A DNA stretch of 64,000 nt, from positions 211,420,001 to 211,484,000 of the forward strand of contig OZ024741.1 of assembly GCA_964016885.1 (NCBI GenBank), written 5' to 3'. The translations under genes were made by a program, and so were the position numbers. This DNA comes from Eledone cirrhosa (Eukaryota). Under the pieces are notes generated by a model. That model saw only the letters and a program-made list of their open reading frames with translations, was not told where the DNA came from and searched no databases. Positions 12,579 to 27,164 of the stretch are shown here, piece after piece; positions within the stretch are counted from its first letter, which is position 1, and each line of letters opens with the position of its first letter.

Positions 12579-12697
12579 CTCAACTCGATAACCAGGTTTC
12601 TCACAGATTAATATGCCAAAAAGGGAATTTAAAACAGGCTAGTTCACCATCATGCATGATTATGAAAAATAAAACGCACATGAGGAAATATATATAT

Positions 12698-15186
12698 GTG
12701 TAGGAGGTGAGAACATCAAACTACCTAATTTCTTGGATGTATCTCTTAATCTGGACACTCGCTAATATTACCCTTACCATAAAAACAATGAGAATCTAAA
12801 TTATGTTAATTTTAAATCTAACCACCCCACTAATATTAAGAATGCTATAGTTAGTAATATTGGAAAAAGAGTATCCAACCTATCATCCAATAAAACATCT
12901 TTGATGCTAACGCCAATTACTATAATAACGCGCTTTCTAAAGCCGGTTATCCTGATAAAATCAAATATAGTAAAGAAACAAATTCTAGAAGATCTTACAG
13001 TAGAATAATTAATCATGACCATTCCAATAACTTTAATAAAAGACCTAGATACAAAAACATAATCTGGTATAATGCTCCTTTCTCCATCTCTATTAATAAT
13101 AATATTCCTAAATTATTCATTAGTTCCTTAAATAAATGCTTCCCTCCCTCACATATCTATAGTAAAATATTTAACAAACACACTATAAAATCTTCCTATT
13201 CGACCTCCTCCAACATCTCCAACATTATCTCTAAACACAACAATAACATACTAAATACTAAATCTCTTCCTTCCAACACTGAATATCATAATAATAGTAA
13301 TAGTACTCCCGACGTCATTGTTAACTCTAGGCTAATTTCTACAAACCCAAATACGTCAAACGCAACTTCGTTAAATGTTCTTAATCCCAATCTAAATCAA
13401 GAAACCATTATTCCTATCGTAAATAACTTCTCCAATCCAATTCCTTCTATAGATAAAATTAGGTCACTTGTTAATAACTCTGTTAATTTCTCTAATCGCA
13501 ATTGTAATTGCCCTGTTAAAAATAAATGTCCTCTCAACAACCATTGTCTTGAAAAAAACTTAATCTGTGAATGTAAAGTTATAACTGACACCAATTCCTT
13601 TACCTATTTTGGCTCCACTTCCACCTCCTTTAAAGCTCGTCTTTATAATCATCATTTGTCTTTTAAATACCAACTTAAAAGAACCAACACGGCACTCTCA
13701 GAAGTCATATGGTCCTTGAAAGACAAAAATATTAACTATAACATCTCTTGGAGGAAGGTTTGTTCTGCTTCTCCATACTTGAATGCCTCTCTATCCAAGA
13801 CATGTAATCTCTGTTTATGTGAGAAATTTACCATTATATCTAATTTAGATTCTATAATAAATAGACGCACATGACATGTTTTCTCTCTGCTTGCATAAAT
13901 TCCACAGAACATTCCATAAAGTATACAGCTAATATCTAATACTTTACCAATTTAAAATCCTTTTTCTCAAAGTCACATATATATATCTATATATATTTCT
14001 TTAAAAATATACCCATCTTTCTACCTTATTTCTATGTTATTTATTATACATTATATAATACTAGTTACTCATTCTATATAACTCCTATTTATCACTTCCC
14101 TTTCTTCCTTTTTTTCCTTTTTTCTTTTAATTTCTAACCTCTAATCTGTACCTTTTCTTCCTAGATACTTCTCAATTCTCATTATTACTCACCACAATAT
14201 ATCCACTCTTCCTTCTTCCATCCTATCACTGGCCATAAAATTTACTATTACCCTTTTAAATACTTTATAGTATCACCTTGACGTTAGACTATTCATCCTC
14301 AATTCATTATTTTTTTCCCCCTTTCATGCTCATCTAACTTCTACATATTACACATCACAACACATAAAATCAAACTTAAACCCTAACTAATCTCCTTTAT
14401 TACATTATATTATTACCCTTAGGAAATACTTCATAAACATACATATTTTGATGGTAAGGTCTTCTCCTTAAACACTATCTCCTTCTTTGCTTTCTGCGCT
14501 CATTTGTAAACAAACTATTTACATATATTAATTCATCCACTCTTCTACTTCTTTTCACAATATATCCTTAATTACATTACTATTTTTATTTTTTTTAATA
14601 ATACATATCAACAATTTCTTTCCATCGCACATATTATTAAACCCTTCAATATTCAAACCTTAACTTAATATTATTCTTAATACACATTAACCATTTCTTT
14701 TCATCGCACATATTATTAAACCCTTCAATATACAAACCTTAATTTAACATTATTCTTAAATTTTTCTCTTCCTTAATTTTCAAACTCTTTTAATTTATAT
14801 ATTATCTTCCAACGGTTTTTTAACCTCTCTCTGTAAAACAATATATTTTTCTCAGTTATAAAAGCTATCTCTCTCTCTCTATCACCCATCTCTCATCCTA
14901 TCTCATCCCTCCTTATTATACTCCTCCCCCTCCATTCTTTACTCTCATCTCCTCCTCTTTTTCATCCTTTCACCCCCCCCCCCCAATGTTTTCCCAATAT
15001 CACACATCAATCTAAAACTACTTTTCATATGTTGATTTAAAACTGCACTATTCACAAGTGTTTTTTAACCTTCATATCATGTCTCCCTATTTTATCTGAC
15101 GAAAACGCAAATGTCATCGCATGATGATATTTGTTTTTGAAATGCGCATTATAAAATACATGGAGCTCTTTTAACCATCTTTTGAT

Positions 15187-15190
<4 letters not shown>
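12698..15190 (+). mobile_element. Penelope-like element, 5'-truncated: RT C-terminus + GIY-YIG endonuclease (pseudogene ~12715-13925), long 3' UTR, terminal HHR
   Basis: FLDVSLNL, YVNFKSNHP, IIWYNAPFS, CNC..KCPLNNHCL, YFGSTSTSFKARLYNH, TALSEVIWSLK; (TA)n flanks. Confidence 0.85.
15088..15158 (+). ncRNA. Type I hammerhead ribozyme at the PLE 3' end
   Basis: TATTTTAT-CTGACGA-long helix II-GAAATGCGCAT-T-ATAAAATA; 8-bp helix I; palindromic helix III ATGCGCAT. Confidence 0.85.
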
Positions 15191-15278
<88 letters not shown>

Positions 15279-15279
<1 letters not shown>

Positions 15280-15436
15280 AAGGCGGGTAAAATTCCCGAG
15301 ATCCATGGACGAGTTCTCTCCAGCGGTCTCTGTCCCTCATTATCGCTGCCATGTCCTGCATCTCCAACAGACCAGTGTCTGTCCTTAGGGCATCAACATA
15401 CGTTAACCTTGGTCTTCCTCTTCTAGTGTGTCCATA
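15279..15436 (-). mobile_element. RTE-type LINE 3' fragment
   Basis: [17 protein letters not shown]...DRDRWRELV motif. Confidence 0.6.
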
Positions 15437-15438
15437 TT

Positions 15439-15469
<31 letters not shown>

Positions 15470-15489
15470 GTATATATATATATATACAC

Positions 15490-15549
<60 letters not shown>

Positions 15550-15562
15550 CATATATATATAC

Positions 15563-15611
<49 letters not shown>

Positions 15612-15622
15612 CATATATATAC

Positions 15623-15653
<31 letters not shown>

Positions 15654-15954
15654 CACACACTATATACACATATATACACACACAGATAGCGAAGCCAATG
15701 TACAGAATGGTTTTCGTAATGCAGACATCAGACATACAGACAGATAATATAAGGGCGCGACGTTATAGCTATGTAGCTATCTGAAAAGACAGACTAAGAA
15801 AGAGAGAGAAATGTCGTATAACCGGAAGTGTTAACATCTGAAATTTTTAAAGTGAATATTTAAATAACATATCTTTAATATTCAGCTCGTAATGGACATG
15901 GTTATACGGAACAGGAAGGATAACCCTTCCTGTTCCGTATAACCATGTCCATTA

Positions 15955-15992
15955 CGAGCTGAAGATCCGCTAAGGTGAAACAATTGTTCTCG
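15955..15992 (+). ncRNA. Minimal hammerhead ribozyme, family D
   Basis: CGAG-CTGAAGA-tCC gctaa GGt-GAAACAATTGTT-CTCG; preceded by inverted repeat 15881-15919/15925-15963. Confidence 0.75.
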
Positions 15993-16086
15993 GTATGGTG
16001 AACTAACTGTGTGTAACCACTTCTACATAACTCGTCCCATGGACTGAGTGCTCTACCAACACGGATATTACCTTCCAGTGTTCTAC

Positions 16087-16126
<40 letters not shown>

Positions 16127-16304
16127 GAAGTAATTCCCTCGGAATATATATATATAAAGAGATCGATATCTAATATATAACGATAATGTGACTCTACAAT
16201 CGCCCAACGAATGAATCGAAACTAAAGCCCAAGATTTCAGAGAGCTTGCACACGGCTAATAATGTCATAGGAAACCAGATATTTTTGACAGAGAACAATA
16301 TAAT

Positions 16305-16720
16305 GATTTCTATTATAGGCACAAGGCCAGTAATTTTGGAGGAGGAGAAAGTTGATTAAATCGACCCCATAGCGTGACTGGTACTTCATTTTATCAACCC
16401 CGTAAGGATGAAAGGCGAAGTCAACCACGTCGGGATTCGAACTGAAGCCGTAAATTGCCGCAACTCTATGCTGCAAAGCATGGTGTCCGACTCTCTACGG
16501 ATACTACCAATTCACCGCCCTAATAATATTTGTTTCTACTTTTGGCACAAGGCCAGCAATTATTTCAGTTAATTTCTCTGTACTTTATTTTATCGACCCC
16601 GTAAGGATGAAAGGCAAAGTGAACCTCGGCGGGATTTGAACTTAGAATGGCAAGGGCCATAACTCTTTGCTGCAAATCATGGCGTCCGACTCTCTACCGA
16701 TAATGCCAATCCACCACCCT
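16305..16720 (-). mobile_element. Two tandem SINE family A copies
   Basis: Consensus match; followed by (AAT)n. Confidence 0.8.
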
Positions 16721-17317
16721 AATAATAATAATTATAATAATAATAATAATAATAATTATAATAATAATAATCTGTAACAATGAAAATTTGATTTTAATAA
16801 TGTATACAGTCTTCTGTTTGCTTCCACCAAAAACAATATTCAATGAATAAATTAACTTTGGCCGTTCCTTAGTTAATTAAGCTAGAGAAATTAATAACCT
16901 CATTAAAAAGCTATATAGAAAAAAAAATAACTGTTTAAATATTGAACCTATGTCAATATTTATCAGGGGAGATAACGCTGGTTTATCCTCCTGATACCTT
17001 TGACTACCAATTAACTGTTTCAATTATGCTGAATAGCTAGCAACTACAGCAACAATTTACTGTTGTCCAATTAATAGAGTTAATACTTTATCTCTCTGTT
17101 TTTACATAAAACACTTAAAATATCACTGTTAGCGACCGCACACGCACGCACACACACACACACGCGCGCGCGCACACACCCGTGCGCGCACACACACACA
17201 CGCACGCAGATATATATATATACATACATACACACACACATATATATAAACACATACATACACATATAAGTGTATATATATATATATATATCTTGTATAC
17301 ATATATGTGTGTAAATA

Positions 17318-17397
<80 letters not shown>

Positions 17398-18898
17398 CAC
17401 ATATACACATATATATATACATATATATGTGTGTGCGTGCGTGTGTGAGAGCGTGCGCGTATACAAGCCCACACAAATGTGTGCGTTTTTATGTGTGTGC
17501 AATGATATAATATTATAAGAATGACACTAACCCTTTTGTTAACAAACGGTTTTACGATTCTGCGCTGCTTCATTTAAAGTGTTTATATTTAACTAAAACA
17601 TTTTCATCATGATTTTAAGTATGAACCTTTGTCATGTTATATTTCAACTGTTAACTTAATAATGAGAATTTTTAACTATATTATTAACACAGTACACGTT
17701 TATAATGATTGCTTTAAAAAATAATTGTAAATTATTGAGCCTGAGCAATATAATGGGTCCCTTTAGATAAATACAGAAGTGTTTTCATTTATTTTTCCTT
17801 GTAGATTTAAAGTATTTTCGTTATCTATCTACTGTTGTTTTCAGTGGCAAACCTATATAACCCAAATTACTTACTTGTACTTGTGGCGGCCTTCATCGGG
17901 AGGGTTGTGCCGGCTCCATTGAAGGGATTCACGGTGTAAGTTCATTTCAATGGAATTTCTTAGGGCGAATAGTTTCACAAGCGGTGCCTAGCTGCAAGTG
18001 CATGCAATTTAGGATTGTACAATGCAGACATTGCAGCGGTTATAGGGCTGAGCTCTCACTTTCACAGTCAACCCAATTTGGTGGAGCCAGTGCCGCGACA
18101 GGGACGTATAGGAGGGAGTTTGGCCGGCAGATGTGATAAACACAACCTATTTAGATATTTTGAAGGCCAGTAGGAGCTCACCCCTCTGCCCAGCTCAGGC
18201 ATACCGACCCCCGGGACCTCTTATATAAATGGTAACATTCTAGTATTTTAATAATAGTTCTATATGCGATTTATGTTTTAATGAAAACACGTTCAACATT
18301 TCGGATGCTTGTTATGCATCGGAAGCTATAAACAGAGAAGATGCTTTGGATACTAAAGAAAAGAGAACAGACTTTAGACAAAAAAACCCAAAAAACCAGC
18401 CAACAAACAAAATGGAACGACAAACAGTGAAAAAGCAGAGAGGAAGGAAACACGGGTTATTACTTGTAAGGGTGATAGCACATGGGTAAAACTGATATTT
18501 CAAAACAAACATTTGCCTACTGTTAGGGAAAGACAGAAAGGTTAGTTATAATAACAACTAAACGAGCAAAAATAGTAAATATATAAATAGAAAAAAAGGA
18601 ATATGTCTGTGTATCGAAGAACGATGTTGGTAAGTTATAGACGTTAAGAATTACCGATTCTTCCCACCTATATTGACATATTCGAACTTGGAATCTTACA
18701 AAAATAAACCAATATTTTCGTCTACACATATATTTACTTAGTTCTATTCATAGATGGGTCAGCCATCTTGTTCTTTGAATAAGATTATAATACGATATAT
18801 TGGACTAGATAACAAACAATACAAGGTGGATAATTGCATATATGTATCTATGTATATATATATGTGTGTGTATATATACGTGTGTGTGTATATATATC

Positions 18899-18942
<44 letters not shown>

Positions 18943-19090
18943 CAAACATGAACATTATATTTTGCGAAAGTTCAATGCTTCGCATTAAAAAAATCCCTTA
19001 ATAAAATTATTACTCTACAAATACATTAAGTTTCTTTCTTTCTTCTAGTTCATATATACCATACTAACAGCTATATATAAACCATCTACA

Positions 19091-20883
19091 TATATACACC
19101 GTTAAAGTATATAACATACTAACACTAATATATACACCGTCAAAGTATATAACATACTAACACTAATATATACACCGTTAAAGTTTATAACATACTAACA
19201 CTAATATATACACCGTCAAAGTATATAACATACTAACACTAATATATACACCGTTAAAGTTTATAACATACTAACACTAATATATACACCGTCAAAGTAT
19301 ATAACATACTAACACTAATATATACACCGTTAAAGTATATAACATACTAACACTAATATATACACCGTCAAAGTATATAACATACTAACACTAATATATA
19401 CACCGTTAAAGTATATAACATAGTAACACTAATATATACACCGTCAAAGTATATAACATACTAACACTAATATATACACCGTTAAAGTATATAACATACT
19501 AACACTAATATATACACCGTTAAAGTATATAACATAGTAACACTAATATATACACCGTCAAAGTATATAACATACTAACACTAATATATACACCGTTAAA
19601 GTATATAACATACTAACACTAATATATACACCGTTAAAGTATATAACATACTAACACTAATATATACACCGTCAAAGTATATAACATACTAACACTAATA
19701 TATACACCGTCAAAGTATATAACATAGTAACACTAATATATACACCCTTAAAGTATATAACATACTAACACTAATATATACACCGTTAAAGTATATAACA
19801 TACTAACACTAATATATACACCCTTAAAGTATATAACATACTAACACTAATATATACACCGTTAAAGTATATAACATACTAGCACTAATATATACACCAT
19901 CAAAGTATATAACATAGTAACACTAATATATACACCGTCAAAGTATATAACATACTAACACTAATATATACACCGTTACAGTATATAACATACTAACACT
20001 AATATATACACCGTTAAAGAATATAACATACTAACACTAATATATACACCGTCAAAGTATATAACATACTAACACTAATATATACACCGTTAAAGTATAT
20101 AACATACTAACACTAATATATACACCGTCAAAGTATATAACATACTAACACTAATATATACACCGTTAAAGTATATAACATACTAACACTAATATATACA
20201 CCGTCAAAGTATATAACATAGTAACACTAATATATACACCGTTAAAGTATATAACATATTAACACTAATATAAACACCGTCAAAGTATATAACATACTAA
20301 CACTAATATATACGCCGTCAAAGTATATAACATACTAACACTAATATATACACCGTCAAAGTATATAACATACTAACACTAATATATACACCGTTAAAGT
20401 ATATAACATACTAACACTAATATATACACCGTCAAAGTATATAACATACTAACACTAATATAAACACCGTCAAAGTATATAACATACTAACACTAATATA
20501 TACACCGTCAAAGTATATAACATACTAACACTAATATATACACCGTCAAAGTATATAACATACTAACACTAATATATACACCGTTAAAGTATATAACATA
20601 CTAACACTAATATATACACCGTCAAAGTATATAACATACTAACACTAATATAAACACCGTCAAAGTATATAACATACTAACACTAATATATACACCGTCA
20701 AAGTATATAACATACTAACACTAATATATACACCGTCAAAGTATATAACATACTAACACTAATATATACACCGTTAAAGTATATAACATACTAACACTAA
20801 TATATACACCGTCAAAGTATATAACATACTAACACTAATATATACACCGTTAAAGTATATAACATACTAACACTAATATATAC
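19091..20883. repeat. 38-bp minisatellite, about 47 copies
   Basis: Unit TATATACACCGT(T/C)AAAGTATATAACATACTAACACTAA; a degenerate related array continues to ~21280. Confidence 0.95.
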
Positions 20884-21572
20884 GTCGTTTGTGTGTATTA
20901 TGTGCATTTATATATACACCGTCGAAATATATATTATATTCACATGTATATACTGTATATACTGTCTATGTGTATAATATACTAACATTTATATATACGC
21001 TATCTCTGTGTATAATATATTTATACTTATATATACGTCGTCTCTGTGTATATATACTACATTTGTATATACGCTATCTCTGTGTATAATATATTTATAC
21101 TTATATATACGCTGTCTCTGTGTACAATATACTGCATTTATATATACGCTGTCTCTGTGTACAATATACTACATTTATATATACGCTGTCTCTGTGTACA
21201 ATATACTACATTTATATATACGCTGTCTCTGTGTATAATATATTTATACTTATATATATATGCCGTCACTGTGTATAATATATTGTTTCTACTTTTGGCA
21301 CAAGGCCAGCAAATACACCAGTGCATTACTGGTACTTTATTTTATGGACGCCCTAAGGATGAAAGGTAAAGTTAACCTAGGCGGAATTTGAACTAAGAAC
21401 GTAAAGGGCCATAACTCTATGCTGCAAAGATGGTGTCTGACACTCTAATATACTCAATATACTAACACTTGTATATATGGTAATGTCGTTATTATATAAT
21501 ACTCTTCGGCTTTGTATTTTATATTAACACACATATGTGCTAATGTAGTAGTATTGTTGTTGGTTATATATA

Positions 21573-21915
21573 CAGTTGTCCCCCGGTATTCACGGGGGTT
21601 ACCTTCCTAGAGCACTCGCGAACAGTGAAAAACCGCGAATATTTGACGTTGTCCATAAAAATGCCTATAAACGTGAAAATATAACGTAAGATATAAGCCG
21701 GTAAATACGGTATATTGCTATTAATAATATAGTGTTAAATAGCGTGACAAATATATATTGCCACGAAAAAAGCTATAAAAATATCACGGAAGATATTTAC
21801 GTTTCCGCGAATATGCGGTAGGTACCACGAACAATTATTAGTTAGATTCTATATAAAATTTCGCGAAAAATCGGGACCGTGAACATCGGGGCCACGAATA
21901 CCGGGAGTACACTAC
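21573..21915. mobile_element. Tc1/pogo (Tigger-like) MITE
   Basis: Imperfect TIRs CAGTTGTCCCCCGGTATTC / GAATACCGGGAGTACACT; TA flank. Confidence 0.65.
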
Positions 21916-21921
21916 TATTTT

Positions 21922-22235
21922 TGAAGACGTGTGGCTTTGTGGTTAGGGAATTCGGCTCACGATCGTAATGTCGTTAGTCTGATTCCCACAAGCATGCTGT
22001 GCCATTGAGCAGGACACTTTATTTCACGTTGCTCCAGTCCACTCAGCTGGCATGTTGAACCTGTAATTCGAAGGGCCAGCCTTGTAACATTCTGTGTCTC
22101 GCCGAATCTCCCAGATATTACGCGTGTTTGTGGAATGCTCAGCCACTTGCACATTAATTTCCCAAGCAGAGTATGCCATTGATCGGATCAACCAGAACAC
22201 TCGTCGTCGTATCTGACGGAGTCCCTTCCTTCCAT
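21922..22235 (+). mobile_element. SINE family B-related copy
   Basis: tRNA-like head and TTGAGCAGGACACTTTATTTCACGTTGCTCCAG core. Confidence 0.6.
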
Positions 22236-22712
22236 TCCATATACTAAAGTAAACCACACACACAAGTCAATGTAGTAATTATACAAGTCGGTCTTTTTAT
22301 ACCCTATACTAACATGTTCTGGTTACAGACTTGGCTTCCTGGCTGGCTTTGATGTTCAGAGCGTGTTTTGTTTACGGGTTAATATATATCCTGGGTTCGA
22401 GTTTGAAATTGATTTTCTGAGTGTATTTCTTTCCGGAATGATATCTGGCTTGGGTTTGAAATTGGCTTTGATTTTCTTAGTGAGTTTTGTTTATCTCTTA
22501 GGTCAATCGATGGTTTCATCTGCATTTATATGGCGACAAATTGCCCTAGTCTTCAGAACATCGGACAGAATGCTTTGCGGTATTCGTTCCGGTCGGAAAA
22601 TCCCTCTGATGTTAATTTTGCTTTTCATCCTTTCCAGGTCGAAAAATAAAGTGGCAGTCATGTACTGAGACTGGTTTATCCTCTCTCTCTCTTTCACACT
22701 TCCTTCCTCTCC

Positions 22713-22772
<60 letters not shown>

Positions 22773-22886
22773 TATTCTCTCTCTCTCACTCCCCAAACCA
22801 AACTGAGTGTTTTGTTATTATTTCTTGCAATATTGTAACAATATGACCCCCCTCCCCAAGTATAACTATATACACACACACACACA

Positions 22887-22991
<105 letters not shown>

Positions 22992-23002
22992 CGTGTGTGT
23001 GT

Positions 23003-23250
23003 GTGAAGGTGCATGGCTTAGTGGTTAGAGCAGTGGGCTTGCAATCGAAAGGATGTGAGTTCAATTTTCAGATCGGGTGATGTGTTGTTTCCTTGAGCCA
23101 AGTCACTTTATTTCACGTTGCTTCAGTTTACTCAGCTGTAGAAATGAGATGATACGACTGGGGTCCCTATCATTAAATTACCCAAGACACCTCCAACGAG
23201 ATATACCTTTGAGGCCAGCTAAACCTGCGTAGGTGTGAGCTGTCACACAT
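23003..23250 (+). mobile_element. SINE family B
   Basis: A box TGGCTTAGTGG, B box GAGTTCAATT, CORE-like body; matches 41537-41787. Confidence 0.75.
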
Positions 23251-23682
23251 ACACATATATATCTTTCTCCCATTTTCTGGGAGAAATCAGTTGCGGTCTG
23301 ACGTGGAAATAGGATGAGCTACACCAGGTTTTTAATATCTAAGATACGCCGTATATTACTACAGCATCCTTACAAATCCACCAGAAGTTACGGGTATACG
23401 ATGGTTGTCACTCGATTTCAAGAGTTGCTATCATTTGGTCCCCCTCACACGTGGCACATCTGAATGTCCTTTAGATTAGGTAATGCCTGTACTTGTATCT
23501 TTTTTAAGGGATTGGTGTCCCAACCGAAGAACAGATCATCATCATATGCTACTATCGAACGAGCCCTCCTCCCCACCCTTTTTTAAGCGCCATACCCGGC
23601 TTTTCTTCTAAACAGCGTTGGCTCTCAGCAAGTTTTTCTCTGCAGGTTTTGTACTTTGGGTAGGCCATGCTATCAATTAAAA

Positions 23683-24260
23683 CAGCGGTCACCAACTGGT
23701 GGTCCACTGACCAGTGGTGGTGTGAGAGAAAATATTGGTGGTCTGCAGAAAAATTTGCAATTTTTATGTTTTATTAATAATATAACATAAATAATATTCG
23801 GTTAAAATATATTTTATAACACCACTAAAAAATGTTTTTATAGGTGCATTTCATATTAATAAAATGGAAATTCTCTGATTATTATTTTACAAAAGTAAAA
23901 TAATTGTTTCTACTTTTGGCACAAGGCCAGCAATTACCCAGCAATTACTTTATTTTATCGACCCCTAAGGATGAAAGGCAAAGTTAACTTCGGCGGGATT
24001 TGCCATTCTGAGTTCAAATCCCGCTGAGGTTAACTTTGCCTTTCATCCTTACGGGGTCGATAAAATAAAGTACCAGTCACGCACTAGGGTCGATTTAATC
24101 GACTTTCCCCTACCCCAAAATTACTGGCCTTATACTTATATAAGAAGCCATTATTTTACAAATGCATTTATTATTTTAAAAAAAATTCATATTAGTGGTC
24201 CGCGAGATTTAGAATTATGAATTTAGTGGTCGGTGAGGTCCGAAAGGTTGGCGACCGCTG
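23683..24260. mobile_element. hAT-type MITE with 8-bp TSD and two nested SINE A fragments (23900-24150)
   Basis: TIRs CAGCGGTCACCAAC / GTTGGCGACCGCTG; TSD AATTAAAA at 23675-23682 and 24261-24268. Confidence 0.85.
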
Positions 24261-24675
24261 AATTAAAACACATGCAGGAGTAGTTATTCACTTCGGTTAT
24301 ATTATTACTTAGGTAATTACTCAATGTAATAGTTAATGAATCAACCAATTTATTAATTAATTTTAAAAAATCACTTCGTCATAGTCTGTGACTTTATCGA
24401 TGCCTCATGCCCTCCGTATCTTTTCGTCTCAACTTCAGATTTACTCTATTTTTCATGTCATTATGTCTGCAGGATATGGTATGAGCAGATGCGCGCGCAT
24501 GCGTATGTCCTTTGTATTTGTTCATTAGTCTTTCTTTTATTCGTGTGTTCAGGTCTTTCCTGTAGCCGACAACTTGCAGCAGTCTGAGAGGAACTGTAAC
24601 AGCATCAGTCTAGTTGGAATCTGTGAGAATGAAATAGCTGTGTGCCTTTCATTAGACCAAGAATAACACAAATAC

Positions 24676-24716
<41 letters not shown>

Positions 24717-24727
24717 TAGATAGATAG

Positions 24728-24886
<159 letters not shown>

Positions 24887-25009
24887 TTGAGAGAGAAAGA
24901 GAGAAAGAAAGAGATAGATAGAAATAGATAGATAGATAATTATTGATAGTTAGATAGTTAAATATATATATATATAGAGAGAGAGAGACAGAGAGAGAGT
25001 TAGATAGAT

Positions 25010-27113
25010 ATATTTCTTTATTTGCCACAAGGGCGCACACGAAAAGGGGACAATACAAAGACACATGCCGGGGATTTTACATACAGTCGTGTAAAAAATA
25101 TAAAATAAACAATTATAACAATCGAAATCCCCAATAGCGGGGAAGCGCCACAAGTGGGTTGTTTAATACCCCGTCGATAGAACAACCCTCAACTTCAGGA
25201 GCGTGTTGTGCACGTGCTCCCTTCTTCCTTTTACTCTCTTCTTTAACCTGCAGGCTTATAAACAGAGAAGGTCCAATCACGCGGGCCATTTTCGCTTCAT
25301 TCACTCACCTTTCAGTAAATGTACTGGGGTGCAGTGCCTCACTCTCCACTCTGATTCTCCTTCTAAAGTGGTATCTAAAGAAGGGAATGAGTTGTTGTCA
25401 GGAGAGAAAGGCATCTGTCCTTAGTCCTCTCAATCTCGTCCACCATATAACCTCTTTCACCATAGCCACTGTACAGAAGCATACCGCCTCTCTTTCGTTT
25501 TTGAAAGAGGCTGGCGGTTTGATCCTTACTATGGACTCGGCAATCAACTGGATTTGTTCCATGCGCGACTGCAATTGTTCTGCATAGTTCCACGGGTCGG
25601 TTACGCCCGGGCAGTGTACAATTGCGTGCAAGACGATTTCAATGTCCTGTTCGCATCTTGGACACGTCCTCTTGGAAGGAACTCTGCCGGTGTGCCCGTC
25701 CCTGCGGAACTTATCTCGAACGGGTAGAGCTCCTCGGTAGCACTGCCAGGCTAGGGGGTTCTGGAAGTCGTCCATAGGTCCCGGGCGGAAAGTCCTACCG
25801 AACAGAATGGTGAGTTCGTCATCTTCGACGCCTAGAGTCTCCCCGAGCACGTCGTCGCACTTGTAAACTACTAACCCTCCTTAGAATGTCGAAGTTGAGT
25901 CTCCACTGGTTGCTGTGCCCGCTTGACAGAGATGGGAGCGCCTGGGCGCATTCAACGTGCCAGGCGCCCATTTTCTTCGGTCTTCGCTTGACCCAGGACT
26001 GCAGCTCCGTCAGCGAGGCAAGTCGTGGCAGGCCTGTCTCACAAACTGTGTCCACACCGGTTGGGCGGTGAGGAATACCTGAAGATGCCGTAGCCTCAGC
26101 GCATGTTTGCGCATCATTAGCCACGGCATTCCCAGCCCTCCGTTGGAAGGGTGTTGACAGCAGACGGTTCTCCTCACCAGTGGCGCCTGCTTCTTCCACA
26201 GGAACTGGAAGAGCATGCGTTCAATTTTGGTGAGGTCTTCACGGGGACAAGACACGACGGTCAAGCGGTAGTAGATGACGGACGCTAAGAAAGTGTTCGC
26301 CACCTCCACTCGACCTTTCAAAGACAGTTTGCACTCTGCCCACTTCTGGGTGAGCGCAAATATCTTGGCCATGACCTCATTCCAGTTTTTCTCCACCTGG
26401 AGGTCCGGATCGAACCAGACCCCGAGTAATTTCACCGGTTCGTCCGCCCAGCGCCCGACGACGCTGTCGGGCGGCATCTGTTTGCCTCTCCACGTTCTGA
26501 GTTGCAAACCGACAAACTTGTCCGGGTTCAGTTTTGCTCCCGTGAACCTTTCGTATTCCTGTAGTAGGTTGCCGATTACCTCGATTTCCGAGGTTTTCGA
26601 CACCATTACCGTCACGTTGTCAGCATAACCGGACGCCGCTTTTCGCAGTCCCGGTTCTAAAGGGATGCCCTGCAAAAGCTCAAACTTCCGCAGTAGTGGC
26701 TCTAGAGTCAATACATACAGAATGGAGTAGAGAGGGCATCCCTGTCGAATGGAGCCGTTCGCGATTGCGAACGGCTCCGATAGGTAGCCGTTCACCTTGA
26801 CCTTCGAGCAGATGCTGGTGTGCATGGCCTTGATCCAGCCTCTGAAAACGGGACCCAAACCGGCCGCCTTGAGAACCGCTTCTAAATATCGATGGTCGAC
26901 CCTATCGAATACCTTAGACAGATCTAAATTTATCAGAGCCCCACCGAAGCCGGGTTTACTACCCACCCTCTTTATGATGTCTCACATGAGGTGAAGATCG
27001 TCGTGTATAGACCTGATCGGGATTGCACACGTTTGCGCTTTCCCTACCATGGTTTCGACGACAAACGCCAGCCTCGTTGCTAACACCTTGGCCAAAATCT
27101 TTAGCTCTGTGTT
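25010..27113 (-). mobile_element. Tx1/L1-clade LINE, 5'-truncated (RT + zinc-binding domain)
   Basis: LDLSKVFDRVDH, SIRQGCPL, YADN; 3' AATAAAGAAA + TATC tail. Confidence 0.9.
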
Positions 27114-27164
27114 GGATAGATAGATATATAGAGAGAGATGGTTAGAGATAGATAGATAGATAGA

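Noticed and set aside
19091-20883. CRISPR-like regular repeat array
   Set aside because: Units are contiguous with no unique spacers, there are no cas genes, and the context is eukaryotic
24488-24506. GCGCGCATGCG NRF1-like promoter motif
   Set aside because: Single short motif with no other promoter evidence
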